Assembly (NCBI GenBank): GCA_018302705.1 | Contig: JAGVZI010000011.1 | Coordinates: 1 to 56,555 of the forward strand | Source: Candidatus Woesearchaeota archaeon | GTDB lineage: Archaea; Nanobdellota; Nanobdellia; SCGC-AAA011-G17; ARS1403 | DNA length: 56,555 nt | Direction: 5' to 3' | In this document: in pieces, positions 1 through 9,379 of the stretch | Position numbering within the stretch: position 1 is the first letter of the stretch | Layout: each line of letters opens with the position of its first letter | Notes under the pieces: generated by a model | Databases searched by the model: none | Told to the model about the DNA's origin: nothing | Seen by the model: the letters and a program-made list of their open reading frames with translations, nothing else | Made by a program: the position numbers and the translations under genes

Positions 1-20
1 CCATCTACTGAAGCATGAGT

Positions 21-32
21 AAAGCTTAAAAA
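21..32 (+). promoter_or_regulatory. Putative archaeal BRE/TATA promoter of the 5S rRNA gene
   Basis: AAAGCTTAAAAA lies about 25 nt upstream of the predicted 5S start at 54. Confidence 0.4.
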
Positions 33-93
33 CGCTTATTTCATCATTTTATTTGATGAACGGCCATAGTGCCCTGGTTCCACCCGATCTCGT

Positions 94-126
94 AATTTCA
101 GATTCTTGCGGGAATTTGGTGAGAAG
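94..126 (+). other. 33-nt BHB intron 1 in 5S rRNA (loop C)
   Basis: Central helix TCTC(88-91)/GAGA(121-124), bulges GTA(92-94) and AGT(125-127), outer helix CGA/TCG, internal hairpin. Cutting after the 2nd bulge base restores the 5S consensus. Confidence 0.85.
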
Positions 127-138
127 TTCGATCTCGGA

Positions 139-166
139 TTAATCGTCTTCCAGATGATTACGAGTG
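139..166 (+). other. 28-nt BHB intron 2 in 5S rRNA
   Basis: Central helix CTCG(133-136)/CGAG(161-164), bulges GAT(137-139) and TGA(165-167), intron stem TAATCGTCT/AGATGATTA. Splicing gives CTCGGAAGTTAAGC. Confidence 0.85.
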
Positions 167-246
167 AGTTAAGCAGGGCAACGCCTATTACTGTACTGTG
201 TTCATGCACGGGAACTTTTAGGTGCTGTTCATCACTTTTTTATTAG

Positions 247-1146
247 TTATGATTTCGCTAAAATCTCTTCGTAAACATCCTTGGCAACATCCGCTCTTAT
301 CGAGAAGCCAAGGCCTTCAACGTTCGCAATCTTCCAAGTATTTATGGCAATTATTTTTTTATTTAAGTTTATCAGCGGCCCGCCAGAATTTCCTGGATTT
401 ATAGGAGCATCTGTCTGCAAATAAATATTCAGCCTATTCGGGCCTGTTCTCTGCTTGGAGCTGACAATGCCTTGAGTGACGCTAAAGCTTAATCCAAGCG
501 GGCTTCCGACGGCAATCACGCTCTCCCCGATCTTTACGTTGTCCATGTCTTCAAATTCTAAAAATGGGAAGTTTCCATTTTCAACACGCAGAACAGCAAG
601 GTCAATATCGGACTCGTATCCAATCAAGTCAGCGCGAAAAGCCTTATTGTCAACAGTGCCGATTATAATATTCTCCTCGTTGCTTTCAATTACATGATAG
701 TTTGTAACTAAATGCTGGGGAGAAACAAAGACGCCAGAGCCAAAACTATTCCCGGCCTTGACAACCACAACGCTATTAATTACGTCCTCGATTATAGAGG
801 AGAAATCCTTGCTCGCCTGAATCTGCACATTTTCCAATTCTTCAAGGCCTTCAGATAATTCTTCTATCGCCCTCTTGCTTTTTTCGCTCTCTTTCAGCAA
901 GGCGTCAATATTGCCTCCAAGGCTTTTAATCGCAGCAGCGCTTTCTTTTCTTAAATTCCCGATCTCATCATCAAGCTCTGTCTTCTGAGAATCAACCTTC
1001 CCATCCAACACTAGCAAAGAATTTTCAACGCCATCAATTTCATTGCTTAAATCTCTTTTCAAGTCATATAATAAATAGCCCTGGAAAATCAGTATAGCTA
1101 CAATTACAAGAAAGGATATGTTCAGAAAGTGCTGGTTTATTCTCAT
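247..1146 (-). CDS. Membrane-anchored trypsin-like (HtrA/S1C-type) serine protease with coiled-coil stalk, no PDZ
   Basis: N-terminal TM, coiled coil, TNYHV / DLA / QTDAPINPGNSGG catalytic triad motifs. Confidence 0.9.
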   Translation of the reverse strand: MRINQHFLNISFLVIVAILIFQGYLLYDLKRDLSNEIDGVENSLLVLDGKVDSQKTELDDEIGNLRKESAAAIKSLGGNIDALLKESEKSKRAIEELSEGLEELENVQIQASKDFSSIIEDVINSVVVVKAGNSFGSGVFVSPQHLVTNYHVIESNEENIIIGTVDNKAFRADLIGYESDIDLAVLRVENGNFPFLEFEDMDNVKIGESVIAVGSPLGLSFSVTQGIVSSKQRTGPNRLNIYLQTDAPINPGNSGGPLINLNKKIIAINTWKIANVEGLGFSIRADVAKDVYEEILAKS

Positions 1147-1191
1147 CTTGCAGTATTAAGAAAATTAATTTAAAAAGTTAATGAAAACAGA

Positions 1192-1584
1192 TTAAACAAA
1201 TTTTTCAGGGTCATCAACGCACTGCCATTCAACGCTGCCATCATTCTTATTAATTGGTGAGCAAATCTCCTCGACGCCGCAAGGCAACGGGCAGGTTTCT
1301 TCTTTCAATTCTTTTTCTTCCTCAAAAGCCTCTATCTTTGCTTCAAGCTCCTCGATTTTTTTTAAAAGGTCGCTCTTTTCTAGTATCAGCCTTTCATTCT
1401 CGCTTCTGAGCCCGGCTACTTCATCAGCCAAGCCATCAGAACTTTCGCCTGAATCTCCGGCATCACTTACAACCCTGCCAGTAACATCTTCTATACCACG
1501 ATTCTGAAAATTCAGTATAATATTAACTAATATAAGGACACTCAGCACGCTCAGCACAACTATCAATACATCTGCCTTTTTCAT
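1192..1584 (-). CDS. Hypothetical membrane-anchored coiled-coil protein with Cys-rich C-terminus
   Basis: N-terminal TM, VTGRVV motif, coiled coil, 4 Cys. Confidence 0.7.
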   Translation of the reverse strand: MKKADVLIVVLSVLSVLILVNIILNFQNRGIEDVTGRVVSDAGDSGESSDGLADEVAGLRSENERLILEKSDLLKKIEELEAKIEAFEEEKELKEETCPLPCGVEEICSPINKNDGSVEWQCVDDPEKFV

Positions 1585-1631
1585 AATACTATAATTATAA
1601 TCTAATCTTTATAAATCTATCTTTAGAGAAT

Positions 1632-2183
1632 TTATTTTCCCTTTCTTTTTTTGATTTTCTCTCTTAATAGCAGGGAATTAGGCACTAATACAACCTCTTT
1701 ATCTCTAGTTTCTATCCGGGTTTCAGTCAGATTTATCTCGATGACTTTTCCAGAAACATCTTTGAATTCTATAAAATCCCCTGTTTCAATTATTTTTTTC
1801 TGATGTATCCAAAAGCTTGCAAAAACATTCGGCACAAAATCTTTTAGGGCTAGTATAACAAAGCTGATAATTATAATAAGGATAATGATCAAGACGATAT
1901 ATAAGAGGATAGTGCTCAAGCCAAGCTGGTTCAGCGCAACAATCACGCCGATAAACAAGACGAGGTAATAAACTCCCTTGCCAAAAATCTGCTCAATAGG
2001 CGCCCTTATCCCGAAGCTTTCTTTCAATATTTTATTTGTCTTAAGCTCGCCCAAAACCTTCGCAGCCAAATTCCCAAGAAACCTCGCTACTAAGAAGGCA
2101 ATCAGCAATACGACAATGGCAGCAATCACCCTGTTCAAATTCCCGCTTACTATAATGTCCAGCACTTGATTGGCATCAACCAT
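1632..2183 (-). CDS. Small-conductance mechanosensitive channel (MscS family) domain protein
   Basis: TM helices followed by GDFIEFKDVSGKVIEINLTETRIET...VLVPNS. Confidence 0.85.
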   Translation of the reverse strand: MVDANQVLDIIVSGNLNRVIAAIVVLLIAFLVARFLGNLAAKVLGELKTNKILKESFGIRAPIEQIFGKGVYYLVLFIGVIVALNQLGLSTILLYIVLIIILIIIISFVILALKDFVPNVFASFWIHQKKIIETGDFIEFKDVSGKVIEINLTETRIETRDKEVVLVPNSLLLREKIKKRKGK

Positions 2184-2266
2184 TTATAATAGCTAAAAAA
2201 ACCCGATATAAAAACTTAATTATTTACAAACCCGTTAGATATAAACATTAATAAAATTAAAACTAA

Positions 2267-2692
2267 CTAATATCTTAGCCTTCTTTTACTAAGATTAATA
2301 ATCCTGCCCCTAGAATTTGGATAGCATGTATTCCCCAATTCTGAACCACTGCCAGTGAATCCTCTCATTCTAGGAAATCTGTACAATTGTCTATCTGAGC
2401 CAACATAAACATTCGGGTGGTATCTGTTTAAACGATATAATAATGTAACGCCTGCCTTGTAATCACCACTCCGGGGGGTTACTTTAACAGGATTAGCCTT
2501 TTTTATAGGTATATCCTCTTCATTCCTCTCGATAGCCTCTTTTAGTAAATCGACCTCCTTCTCAGTAATTTGATTTCCATCTTCAGGGGGTTCCTCCATG
2601 GCTTGGCTCATCTCTCGGGCATCTCCGTTTATCCAGTCAGCCAAATCAGGATCTTCTAGTATATCATATTCCCCACTCATCAGATTTTCCAC
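2267..2692 (-). CDS. Hypothetical protein
   Basis: 141-aa ORF, GTG start with upstream AAGGA, acidic N-terminus. Confidence 0.55.
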   Translation of the reverse strand: MENLMSGEYDILEDPDLADWINGDAREMSQAMEEPPEDGNQITEKEVDLLKEAIERNEEDIPIKKANPVKVTPRSGDYKAGVTLLYRLNRYHPNVYVGSDRQLYRFPRMRGFTGSGSELGNTCYPNSRGRIINLSKRRLRY

Positions 2693-2894
2693 TCCTTAAT
2701 TCATCAAATGTTACCATATCATATAACCCTCGATTTTTCAGTTTATAAAACTTTCTATTTATTACTATATCAAAGTAGTAACGTAAGTTAATTTTTCAAA
2801 ACTATAAGTTGCTATAGAAACGCAGGGAGCATCGCAAAAAAATTTGAGATGGGCGCACGAAACAAATAAAAACTCTTTTTCTTAAGATATTTTC

Positions 2895-3725
2895 ATGCCC
2901 GTAAACCCTACAATACATTATCAGAAGGCAGAGCAGGAATATCTAGCAGCGGATACTCAGAATGAGCAGTTGGTGGCCTTGCAGAAAATGCTTTCTCTTT
3001 GCCCAAAACACAAAGGTTCTGAAAAGCTCCAGAAGCAAATCAAGACAAAGATAGCAAAATTAAAAGATTCAATAAAGAGATCAGCAAAGAAAGGGTCTTA
3101 TCAAAAGGTTTCGATAAAAAAAGAAGGAGCAGCTTTAATCTGCATCGTCGGAACAACGAATTCAGGGAAATCTACGCTTCTAAATAAACTGACAAATGCA
3201 AATGCAAAAGTTGCAGATTATCCATTTACAACAAAAGAGCCAGTTCAAGGCATCTTGGATTATGCAGGAATAAAATTACAAATAGTCGAGATCCCGGCAA
3301 TTGTAGAAAATTTTCAGGAGGCAGAATTAGGGCCGTCGCTGCTTGCAATAATCAAGCAGTCAGATTTGATTATATTAACCTTCAATGCGCCGGAGGAAAA
3401 AAAACTTCTAGACAAGGAGCTGGCAAACATCAATATTAAAAGAATAATCTACAATAATGAGGAAGATTTCAAGGAAAAAATCTGGAGTTCATTAGGCATA
3501 ATAAAAGTTTACACAAAGCAGCCAGGCAAGCCAAGGGATTATCCTCCAGTGGCATTAAAAAAAGGATCAACAGTCCAAAAGCTAGCAGAAATTGTGCACA
3601 AGGATTTTGTTAAAAATTTCAAGTATGCCCGGGTAACAGGGAAATCTGTTAAATTTAAAAATATGCGCTGTGGGTTAGATCATACTTTGTCAGATGAAGA
3701 CATAGTAGAATTCCACACAAAATAA
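2895..3725 (+). CDS. DRG/Obg-family GTPase with TGS domain
   Basis: PKHKG, GTTNSGKSTL, YPFTT motifs; C-terminal TGS (VHKDF...DEDIVEF). Confidence 0.9.
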   Translation: MPVNPTIHYQKAEQEYLAADTQNEQLVALQKMLSLCPKHKGSEKLQKQIKTKIAKLKDSIKRSAKKGSYQKVSIKKEGAALICIVGTTNSGKSTLLNKLTNANAKVADYPFTTKEPVQGILDYAGIKLQIVEIPAIVENFQEAELGPSLLAIIKQSDLIILTFNAPEEKKLLDKELANINIKRIIYNNEEDFKEKIWSSLGIIKVYTKQPGKPRDYPPVALKKGSTVQKLAEIVHKDFVKNFKYARVTGKSVKFKNMRCGLDHTLSDEDIVEFHTK

Positions 3726-3759
3726 AAAAGTTAAATCTTATTTTTATTTTTGTATGTTA

Positions 3760-3957
3760 TTATTTTAAATGTCTTAAAGCCAAGCTCCAAGGTTTTATGG
3801 AGAGGGCAATAGCCAAAATAAGCCAAAGCCATCTTCCTCCAACTAGGATATAATTGCTGATGTAACTGGCAACAAAAAGGGAAAAGAAAAATACGCCTGC
3901 TTTAATTAAAGCGATATCCCACCATTTCAAATTTTTGACAGCTTTTGCAAACCACAT
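3760..3957 (-). CDS. Small membrane protein
   Basis: 65 aa, two TM segments, WDIALIK motif. Confidence 0.65.
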   Translation of the reverse strand: MWFAKAVKNLKWWDIALIKAGVFFFSLFVASYISNYILVGGRWLWLILAIALSIKPWSLALRHLK

Positions 3958-3985
3958 CTTATTTTTTTATTTTTTATTCTTATAT

Positions 3986-4189
3986 TCAAAGCTTTCCCTT
4001 AAACAAGTGAATGCATATTCCCAATGCTATCAAAACCCACGGCCATAAAATTACGTTGCTGAACAAAATACCGCTATGCTGCAAAGCATAAGCCGCACCT
4101 ATTAAAATCAAAGCGACTGCGAAACTTTTGCTGGAAACACCTCCGCACCAGCACCCAATTCCATTTTTACTTCCATTTGCTTTAGCCAT
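3986..4189 (-). CDS. Small membrane protein (LiaF/DUF5668-like)
   Basis: GAGGTG RBS, two TMs, ILWPWVLIALG. Confidence 0.65.
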   Translation of the reverse strand: MAKANGSKNGIGCWCGGVSSKSFAVALILIGAAYALQHSGILFSNVILWPWVLIALGICIHLFKGKL

Positions 4190-4245
4190 AAAACCACCTC
4201 TTTTTTAATTTTGATATATTCTTTTATTTATATATCTTTTTATAT

Positions 4246-4818
4246 CTATTTTGTATCTCCAAGAAAGCCTTTTCCTATCAAGTACATCTCTCTGCTCTCC
4301 TTTCTGCTCGCCTTAGGCTTGGAAATCTTAAAAAAATAAAAATATTTTCTTAATTCCCTGCAAAACTCGTCGAATTCAGCTCCCTGAAAAATCTTGCACA
4401 AAAAATTTCCTTTCGGTTTCAAAACCTGCACAGCTATTTTCCAAGCCTTTCTGCTCAAGTCAGCACTCTCCTCGGAATCAAAGAAGCCTTTTGTCTTAGG
4501 CGAGATGTCGCTCAGCACAACGTCGAATTTTCCAAGTTTTGCAACATCAATTTCATTAACGTCTTCATTAACGAATTCAAACCTGCTGTCTTTAATTTTT
4601 GCTTTTTCAATATCAATGCCCACAACTCTTCTGGCATGAAGCTTCAGGCAGACCTGCACCCAGCCGCCGGGGCTGCATCCAATGTCTAGGACATCGCTGT
4701 TTTTCCTAATTAAATTATATTTCCCATTCAGCTCAATTAGTTTGTAAGCGCTCCTCGCCAGAAAACCTTCTTTCTTTGCTTTCTTGAAATAAAAGTCTTT
4801 TCTTTTAATCATTATCAA
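4246..4818 (-). CDS. rlmE: 23S rRNA U2552 2'-O-methyltransferase RlmE/FtsJ
   Basis: ARSAYKL, LDIGCSPGGW, VLSDISP, KPKASRKESREMY. Confidence 0.93.
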   Translation of the reverse strand: MIMIKRKDFYFKKAKKEGFLARSAYKLIELNGKYNLIRKNSDVLDIGCSPGGWVQVCLKLHARRVVGIDIEKAKIKDSRFEFVNEDVNEIDVAKLGKFDVVLSDISPKTKGFFDSEESADLSRKAWKIAVQVLKPKGNFLCKIFQGAEFDEFCRELRKYFYFFKISKPKASRKESREMYLIGKGFLGDTK

Positions 4819-4835
4819 TTATCTCTAAATTTATC

Positions 4836-5066
4836 CTAATGGAGATTATGACCACTCTCCACAAAGACAACAGGGATTTCCTTAACACCTATTTTTTTCA
4901 CGGCAATTCTTCTTGCTATGTCGCCATTTTCCACGACGCCGGCAACTTTTTTATTTACTATCGCAACCCATTTGTTAGTATATCTTTGCTGCAGTTCCCC
5001 AAAATTCTGATGTGCCCATTTACTATCATCCCAGAATCTTTTAGGCAAATTTATTTTATTTTTCAT
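4836..5066 (-). CDS. DUF5678-like small protein
   Basis: ELQQRYTNKWVAIVNKKVAG pattern. Confidence 0.7.
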   Translation of the reverse strand: MKNKINLPKRFWDDSKWAHQNFGELQQRYTNKWVAIVNKKVAGVVENGDIARRIAVKKIGVKEIPVVFVESGHNLH

Positions 5067-5108
5067 GCAATTAACTAATTAATGCATATTTAAAAATCTT
5101 GTGACACT

Positions 5109-5354
5109 TTATTTCCTGTTCTTAACAACAAAGAAATAAATCAAAGCCCCGATAATTTTGGCAAACAGAATAACCAAAATCCAGACAATCTTCTCATTAC
5201 TGTTTTTAAAATTCCTTTTAGCGCAGTCGACAATCATCCAAACCCAAAAAGCTAAGAACAAAATGCCGATTGTTGCTCCAAACATCATAAATCCAGAAAA
5301 GGAAAGCCAGTCCTGAAAATAATAATTCATCCCGCCGAAATTCATCATAGTCAT
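5109..5354 (-). CDS. PLDc N-terminal domain membrane protein
   Basis: FWVWMIVDCAKRNF...KIVWILVI...GALIYFF; start moved to the downstream Met. Confidence 0.8.
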   Translation of the reverse strand: MTMMNFGGMNYYFQDWLSFSGFMMFGATIGILFLAFWVWMIVDCAKRNFKNSNEKIVWILVILFAKIIGALIYFFVVKNRK

Positions 5355-5403
5355 TTTGTTTATCACACAAATCTTTATATATAAAAACTTTGCCATTCAT
5401 TTT

Positions 5404-6021
5404 ATGGTAGAAAAAATAAAATGGTTTGGGCACGCATCTTTTAAAATCACGGGATGGAAAGTAATTTATATTGATCCCTGGAAGATTCAAGATGAAGATG
5501 AAGCAGACATCGTATTAATCTCCCATCCTCACTACGATCATTTTTCCCTGGAAGATCTTAAAAAAATAACTGGTCATGAAACAGACATTCTAATCACTCC
5601 AGATTGCCAGTCGAAGTTGCGCGATATTAATGGAAAAGTCACACTAGTGGAGCCCGGAAAGAAATACAGCATTAAAGATATCATAATCGAGACAACCCAT
5701 TCTTATAATATAAATAAAAGATTTCATCCGAAAGAAAATGACTGGGTTGGGTTCATAATTAACCTTAATAATCGTAAAATCTTTTATGCAGGCGACACAG
5801 ATAATGTTCCAGAAATAAAAAATCTTAAGGTTGATGTTGCTTTAATTCCCATATCCGGAACTTATGTAATGGACGCTAAAGAGGCAGCCGAATTAGTAAA
5901 TGAAATGAAGCCTAAAATAGCAATTCCCTACCATTATGGCGACATAGTCGGAACCGAGCAAGACGCATTGAAATTCAAGAAATTAGCCAAAATACCTGTC
6001 GAAATTCTTAAAAAACAATAG
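5404..6021 (+). CDS. MBL-fold metallo-hydrolase
   Basis: WFGHASF, SHPHYDH, YAGDT, IPYHYG. Confidence 0.9.
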   Translation: MVEKIKWFGHASFKITGWKVIYIDPWKIQDEDEADIVLISHPHYDHFSLEDLKKITGHETDILITPDCQSKLRDINGKVTLVEPGKKYSIKDIIIETTHSYNINKRFHPKENDWVGFIINLNNRKIFYAGDTDNVPEIKNLKVDVALIPISGTYVMDAKEAAELVNEMKPKIAIPYHYGDIVGTEQDALKFKKLAKIPVEILKKQ

Positions 6022-6053
6022 ATTTATATACTATTTATACTTAACTTATACCC

Positions 6054-6212
6054 ATGGTATACCAAGAGTATGAAATTTCATTCACAAAAAGGGTGTCCAA
6101 AATGGGCAGAAACCTTGTAATTAAGGTTCCGAAAGATAGGCATGATGATTTCGAGCACAAGGACTTGGTTAAAGTAATTTTGATGAAGAAAGAACAGCAG
6201 AAGCTGCACTAG
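6054..6212 (+). CDS. Small AbrB/DUF2080-like protein (52 aa, not in ORF track)
   Basis: MVYQEYEISFTKRVSKMGRNLVIKVPKDRHDDFEHKDLVKVIL; swapped-hairpin pattern; TATA upstream. Confidence 0.65.
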   Translation: MVYQEYEISFTKRVSKMGRNLVIKVPKDRHDDFEHKDLVKVILMKKEQQKLH

Positions 6213-6261
6213 CTTCATAAAAATCTAAAAGCCATTTATAGCGCCATCATCTCTAGAAAAA

Positions 6262-8859
6262 TTAAGCCTCAATCTTTTCTGTTTTTCCAATCTTAGCCAG
6301 AACAAGATTATGCATTCTTTTCAAGAACTCAATTCTGTCTTCGATTTTGAAAACATCCACATATCCCTGCAATACTAAATTAAACGCAAATGGGCTGGGT
6401 ATTTTTGTGTCAATTTCTTTTACTTTTATCTCTCCTTTTTCAACTTTCACTAAGATTTCATTGGCATGCGCTATATCCATCAGGTCTTCAAGCACCTCTC
6501 TCCTAGTCTCTTTCAAAATTGGGAAGTCATTGCTTATTCTTCTTACTGCACTGATTAACAGCATACTGCTAACCTGCTGCCTTCCAACTCTCTTTCTTTT
6601 GCCTTTATATTCTCTCAGTATCATCAAGCTTCTCCCAGCGCAGTGCCTGAATCTTCTCCTCAAGACTTCTGTCTTTTCCAAGGCAATCTCCATTATTGCA
6701 TCTAAGTCTTTGCTTTTTAATGAGTCAAATGCCCTTTTGGCCTGCATATTATCCTCGCTTGCAAGGTAAAATCCATTATCATTTATGCCGATTTCAACAT
6801 CCCTCTTCCCAAGCAATCCAACCAGGTAAGCAACAGCCCTTGACAAGACATCATTAACCCTTCTCCCATACAAGGCATGAAACACAACAAATTTTTTATT
6901 GTACGCATTATAGTGCTCGATCAAAATCTTTTTGTCATGCGGGATTTCCCTGGCGTATTGAAACATCTCGCTGAAATAGCGGTAAATTGCTTCAGCACTG
7001 TTCCTGTCAACGTATAAATACTCGTCAACGAATTTTATTATTTCTTCTTTGCTCCTTCCTTTCGCGAATTTTTCTTCCATTAATCTTCTGAATCTTCCAA
7101 TTTCAACTCCAAGGTCAAAGCTCAAAGGCAGCATCTCGGAAAACCAGCTCGGGATCGTCGGTGGCCTGTCAATGGTTGATTTTACTTGCGCAACCATTCC
7201 GCGGGCAAACTGGAACTCATATCTATCCCCTCCTAAAACGAAAACATCCCTCGATTTTAATTTCTCTAGAAACCCCTCGTCAATGTGCCCGATTACCTGC
7301 TCGCCTACTTTCACAGTAACATGAGTCTCATCAGGGATAGTTCCGATGTTCGTCATATAGATTATCCTGCTTAGCTTTCCCTTTCTTCCAATCATTCCTG
7401 TTTCCTTATCCCACCAGATCTTTGCATAAACATGCCTGTCTTCCAGGCTTGTAAATTCTCCGGATAGATAATCTAAAACAGAATCAAAATCTTTTTTGTC
7501 CAGGTTCTTATAGCAATAACTCCTCTTAATTAATTTGAATAAATTATCATAGCTTATCCTGTCAGCAATTGCAATCCCGTAAATCTGCTGCGCAAGAACA
7601 TCAAGGCAGTTTTTTGGAATATGAATTGTATCAATTTTTCTTTCTATAGCGCTTTTCAGCATGACGCTGCATTCAATCAAATCATCCCTATCTAAAACAA
7701 TTATCCTTCCTTTTGAAGTTTCATGCAATTTATGCCCGCTTCTTCCAATTCTTTGCAGGCATCTGGCAACTGATTTAGGGCTTCCAAGCAAAATAACCAA
7801 GTCAATGTATCCAATGTCAATGCCGAGCTCGAGTGAGGTGCTACAAACAACGACTTTAATCTCGCCTTTTCTTAATCTATTTTCTAAATCCAATCTTTTT
7901 TCCTTTGACAAGCTTCCGTGATGAGCCCCTATATTGTCGCTATATTTTTTTGGAAATCTCTCCTTCAAATAATGCACAACTCTTTCAGTTGCAGCCCTTG
8001 TATTGGTGAATATTAAAGCAGTCTTATGCTCCTGTACTAGGTTGTCAATAAGCTCGTACATCGCTTTTGATTGCTCTTCATAATTAGTATTAATCAAATC
8101 CTTTACAGGGCTTAGGACCTTTAAATCCATCTTTTTAATAAATTGAACATCTGCAATCTTGCAGCTTCTTTCAGAGCCAACCAGATATTTTGCAACCTCA
8201 TCTAATGGAGAAATAGTCGCGCTCAACCCAATCCTGCAAAAATCATTTTCAGTTAGCTCCTTTAGTCTTTCAATTGACAATGACAGATGCACCCCTCTTT
8301 TATTTTCAGCAATGGCATGTATTTCATCTATTATGCAGTATCTTACGTTCCTCAAGTACTCTCTGAACTTCGGGGCGGTTAGCACTATTGCTAGCGACTC
8401 AGGTGTTGTGACTAAGATATGCGGGATATTCCTGATCATTTTTGCCCTTTCACTTGCAGTTGTGTCTCCAGTTCTTAGGCCGACTCTAATGCTTAATTTT
8501 TTCCCATGTTTTTTGGCGACTTCATTAATCTCCTCAAGTGGCGTAATCAAGTTTACAAATATGTCATTAGAAAGCGCCTTTAAAGGAGAGGTATACACAC
8601 AATATATTTTATCTTCCAACCTTCCCTCTGCGTCCAAAGAAACTAATTCATTCAAGATAGCAAGAAAGGCAGTTAAAGTTTTAGTTGCTCCTGTTGGTGC
8701 ACTAACAAGAATATTATTTCCATTATGAATCTCCATCACACCATAAAGCTGCGGCAAACTAAAGTCTTTAAACTTTAAAAAAAACCACTCTTTAACAAAA
8801 GGGTGCAATATCTTTTCCACATCGTCCTTTTTTCTTGGTGTTTCTATAAACTCTATCAT
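6262..8859 (-). CDS. lhr: Archaeal Lhr-type ATP-dependent helicase
   Basis: APTGATKT, DEIH, SAT, SLELGIDIG, QRIGRSGH, PSWFSEMLPL. Confidence 0.93.
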   Translation of the reverse strand: MIEFIETPRKKDDVEKILHPFVKEWFFLKFKDFSLPQLYGVMEIHNGNNILVSAPTGATKTLTAFLAILNELVSLDAEGRLEDKIYCVYTSPLKALSNDIFVNLITPLEEINEVAKKHGKKLSIRVGLRTGDTTASERAKMIRNIPHILVTTPESLAIVLTAPKFREYLRNVRYCIIDEIHAIAENKRGVHLSLSIERLKELTENDFCRIGLSATISPLDEVAKYLVGSERSCKIADVQFIKKMDLKVLSPVKDLINTNYEEQSKAMYELIDNLVQEHKTALIFTNTRAATERVVHYLKERFPKKYSDNIGAHHGSLSKEKRLDLENRLRKGEIKVVVCSTSLELGIDIGYIDLVILLGSPKSVARCLQRIGRSGHKLHETSKGRIIVLDRDDLIECSVMLKSAIERKIDTIHIPKNCLDVLAQQIYGIAIADRISYDNLFKLIKRSYCYKNLDKKDFDSVLDYLSGEFTSLEDRHVYAKIWWDKETGMIGRKGKLSRIIYMTNIGTIPDETHVTVKVGEQVIGHIDEGFLEKLKSRDVFVLGGDRYEFQFARGMVAQVKSTIDRPPTIPSWFSEMLPLSFDLGVEIGRFRRLMEEKFAKGRSKEEIIKFVDEYLYVDRNSAEAIYRYFSEMFQYAREIPHDKKILIEHYNAYNKKFVVFHALYGRRVNDVLSRAVAYLVGLLGKRDVEIGINDNGFYLASEDNMQAKRAFDSLKSKDLDAIMEIALEKTEVLRRRFRHCAGRSLMILREYKGKRKRVGRQQVSSMLLISAVRRISNDFPILKETRREVLEDLMDIAHANEILVKVEKGEIKVKEIDTKIPSPFAFNLVLQGYVDVFKIEDRIEFLKRMHNLVLAKIGKTEKIEA

Positions 8860-8946
8860 CTTCTAGAATTTTTTTAAATAAAACAGGGATTTATCTTTAA
8901 AAGCCTTGCGTGGCTTCATGGCAAGTATGTCAAGTAAAACAGATTA

Positions 8947-9180
8947 TTAATCTTCTTTAGTGCTTCTTCTAAAAGCATAATAATCCCTATCAATTAGGGC
9001 AGCCAAGTTTCCATCTCTAGTTTCTCTAGAAAAAGCAAAATGTAATCTGCAAAAAGTAGGAGTGTAAACCAAAGATCTCCTAATTGCCTCGGTTAATCCC
9101 TTATAGGCAGCATATGCCTCACGGACTAAATCCCCGTCTAGATAAAACTCCAGCATTCTTTCATGTTTTGGCATATTCAT
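8947..9180 (-). CDS. Hypothetical protein
   Basis: 77-aa ORF with AGGAG RBS. Confidence 0.5.
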   Translation of the reverse strand: MNMPKHERMLEFYLDGDLVREAYAAYKGLTEAIRRSLVYTPTFCRLHFAFSRETRDGNLAALIDRDYYAFRRSTKED

Positions 9181-9379
9181 TTTTTTTCTCCTAATTAAAA
9201 ATATATTTTAGAGAACCTCTTTAGAGGAACTTTTTTAGAAAATTACTACTATATAAGCCTTTCCTTTTTGGTTTTAATATTTTATGCAAGAATAATTCTA
9301 GGCGGTTTATCCGATCGTTTGGAAGTATCTATAAAAGAACAACAACATTTAAAACCTTAATCTTCCAGCAAAGTTAATA

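Larger units (their letters stand above)
54..234 (+). rRNA. rrf: 5S rRNA precursor with two BHB introns (exons 54-93, 127-138, 167-234; mature 120 nt)
   Basis: Helix I TGATGAACGGC/GCTGTTCATCA; conserved GGCCATAG, CACCCGATCTCGT|TTCGATCTCGGA|AGTTAAGC, GTACTG and GGGAA motifs; T-run follows at 236-242. Confidence 0.92.

Noticed and set aside
54-234. 5S inserts as retained expansion segments
   Set aside because: Both have exact BHB geometry whose standard cut sites regenerate the consensus to the base, and they disrupt conserved loop C/helix III. Not formally excluded without RNA data.
222-404. 60-aa plus-strand ORF, and the many other antisense ORFs inside long genes (e.g. 6347-6769, 8159-8728, 15365-15823, 21388-23604, 48281-49645)
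   Set aside because: Shadow frames of well-supported genes on the opposite strand, with no motifs.
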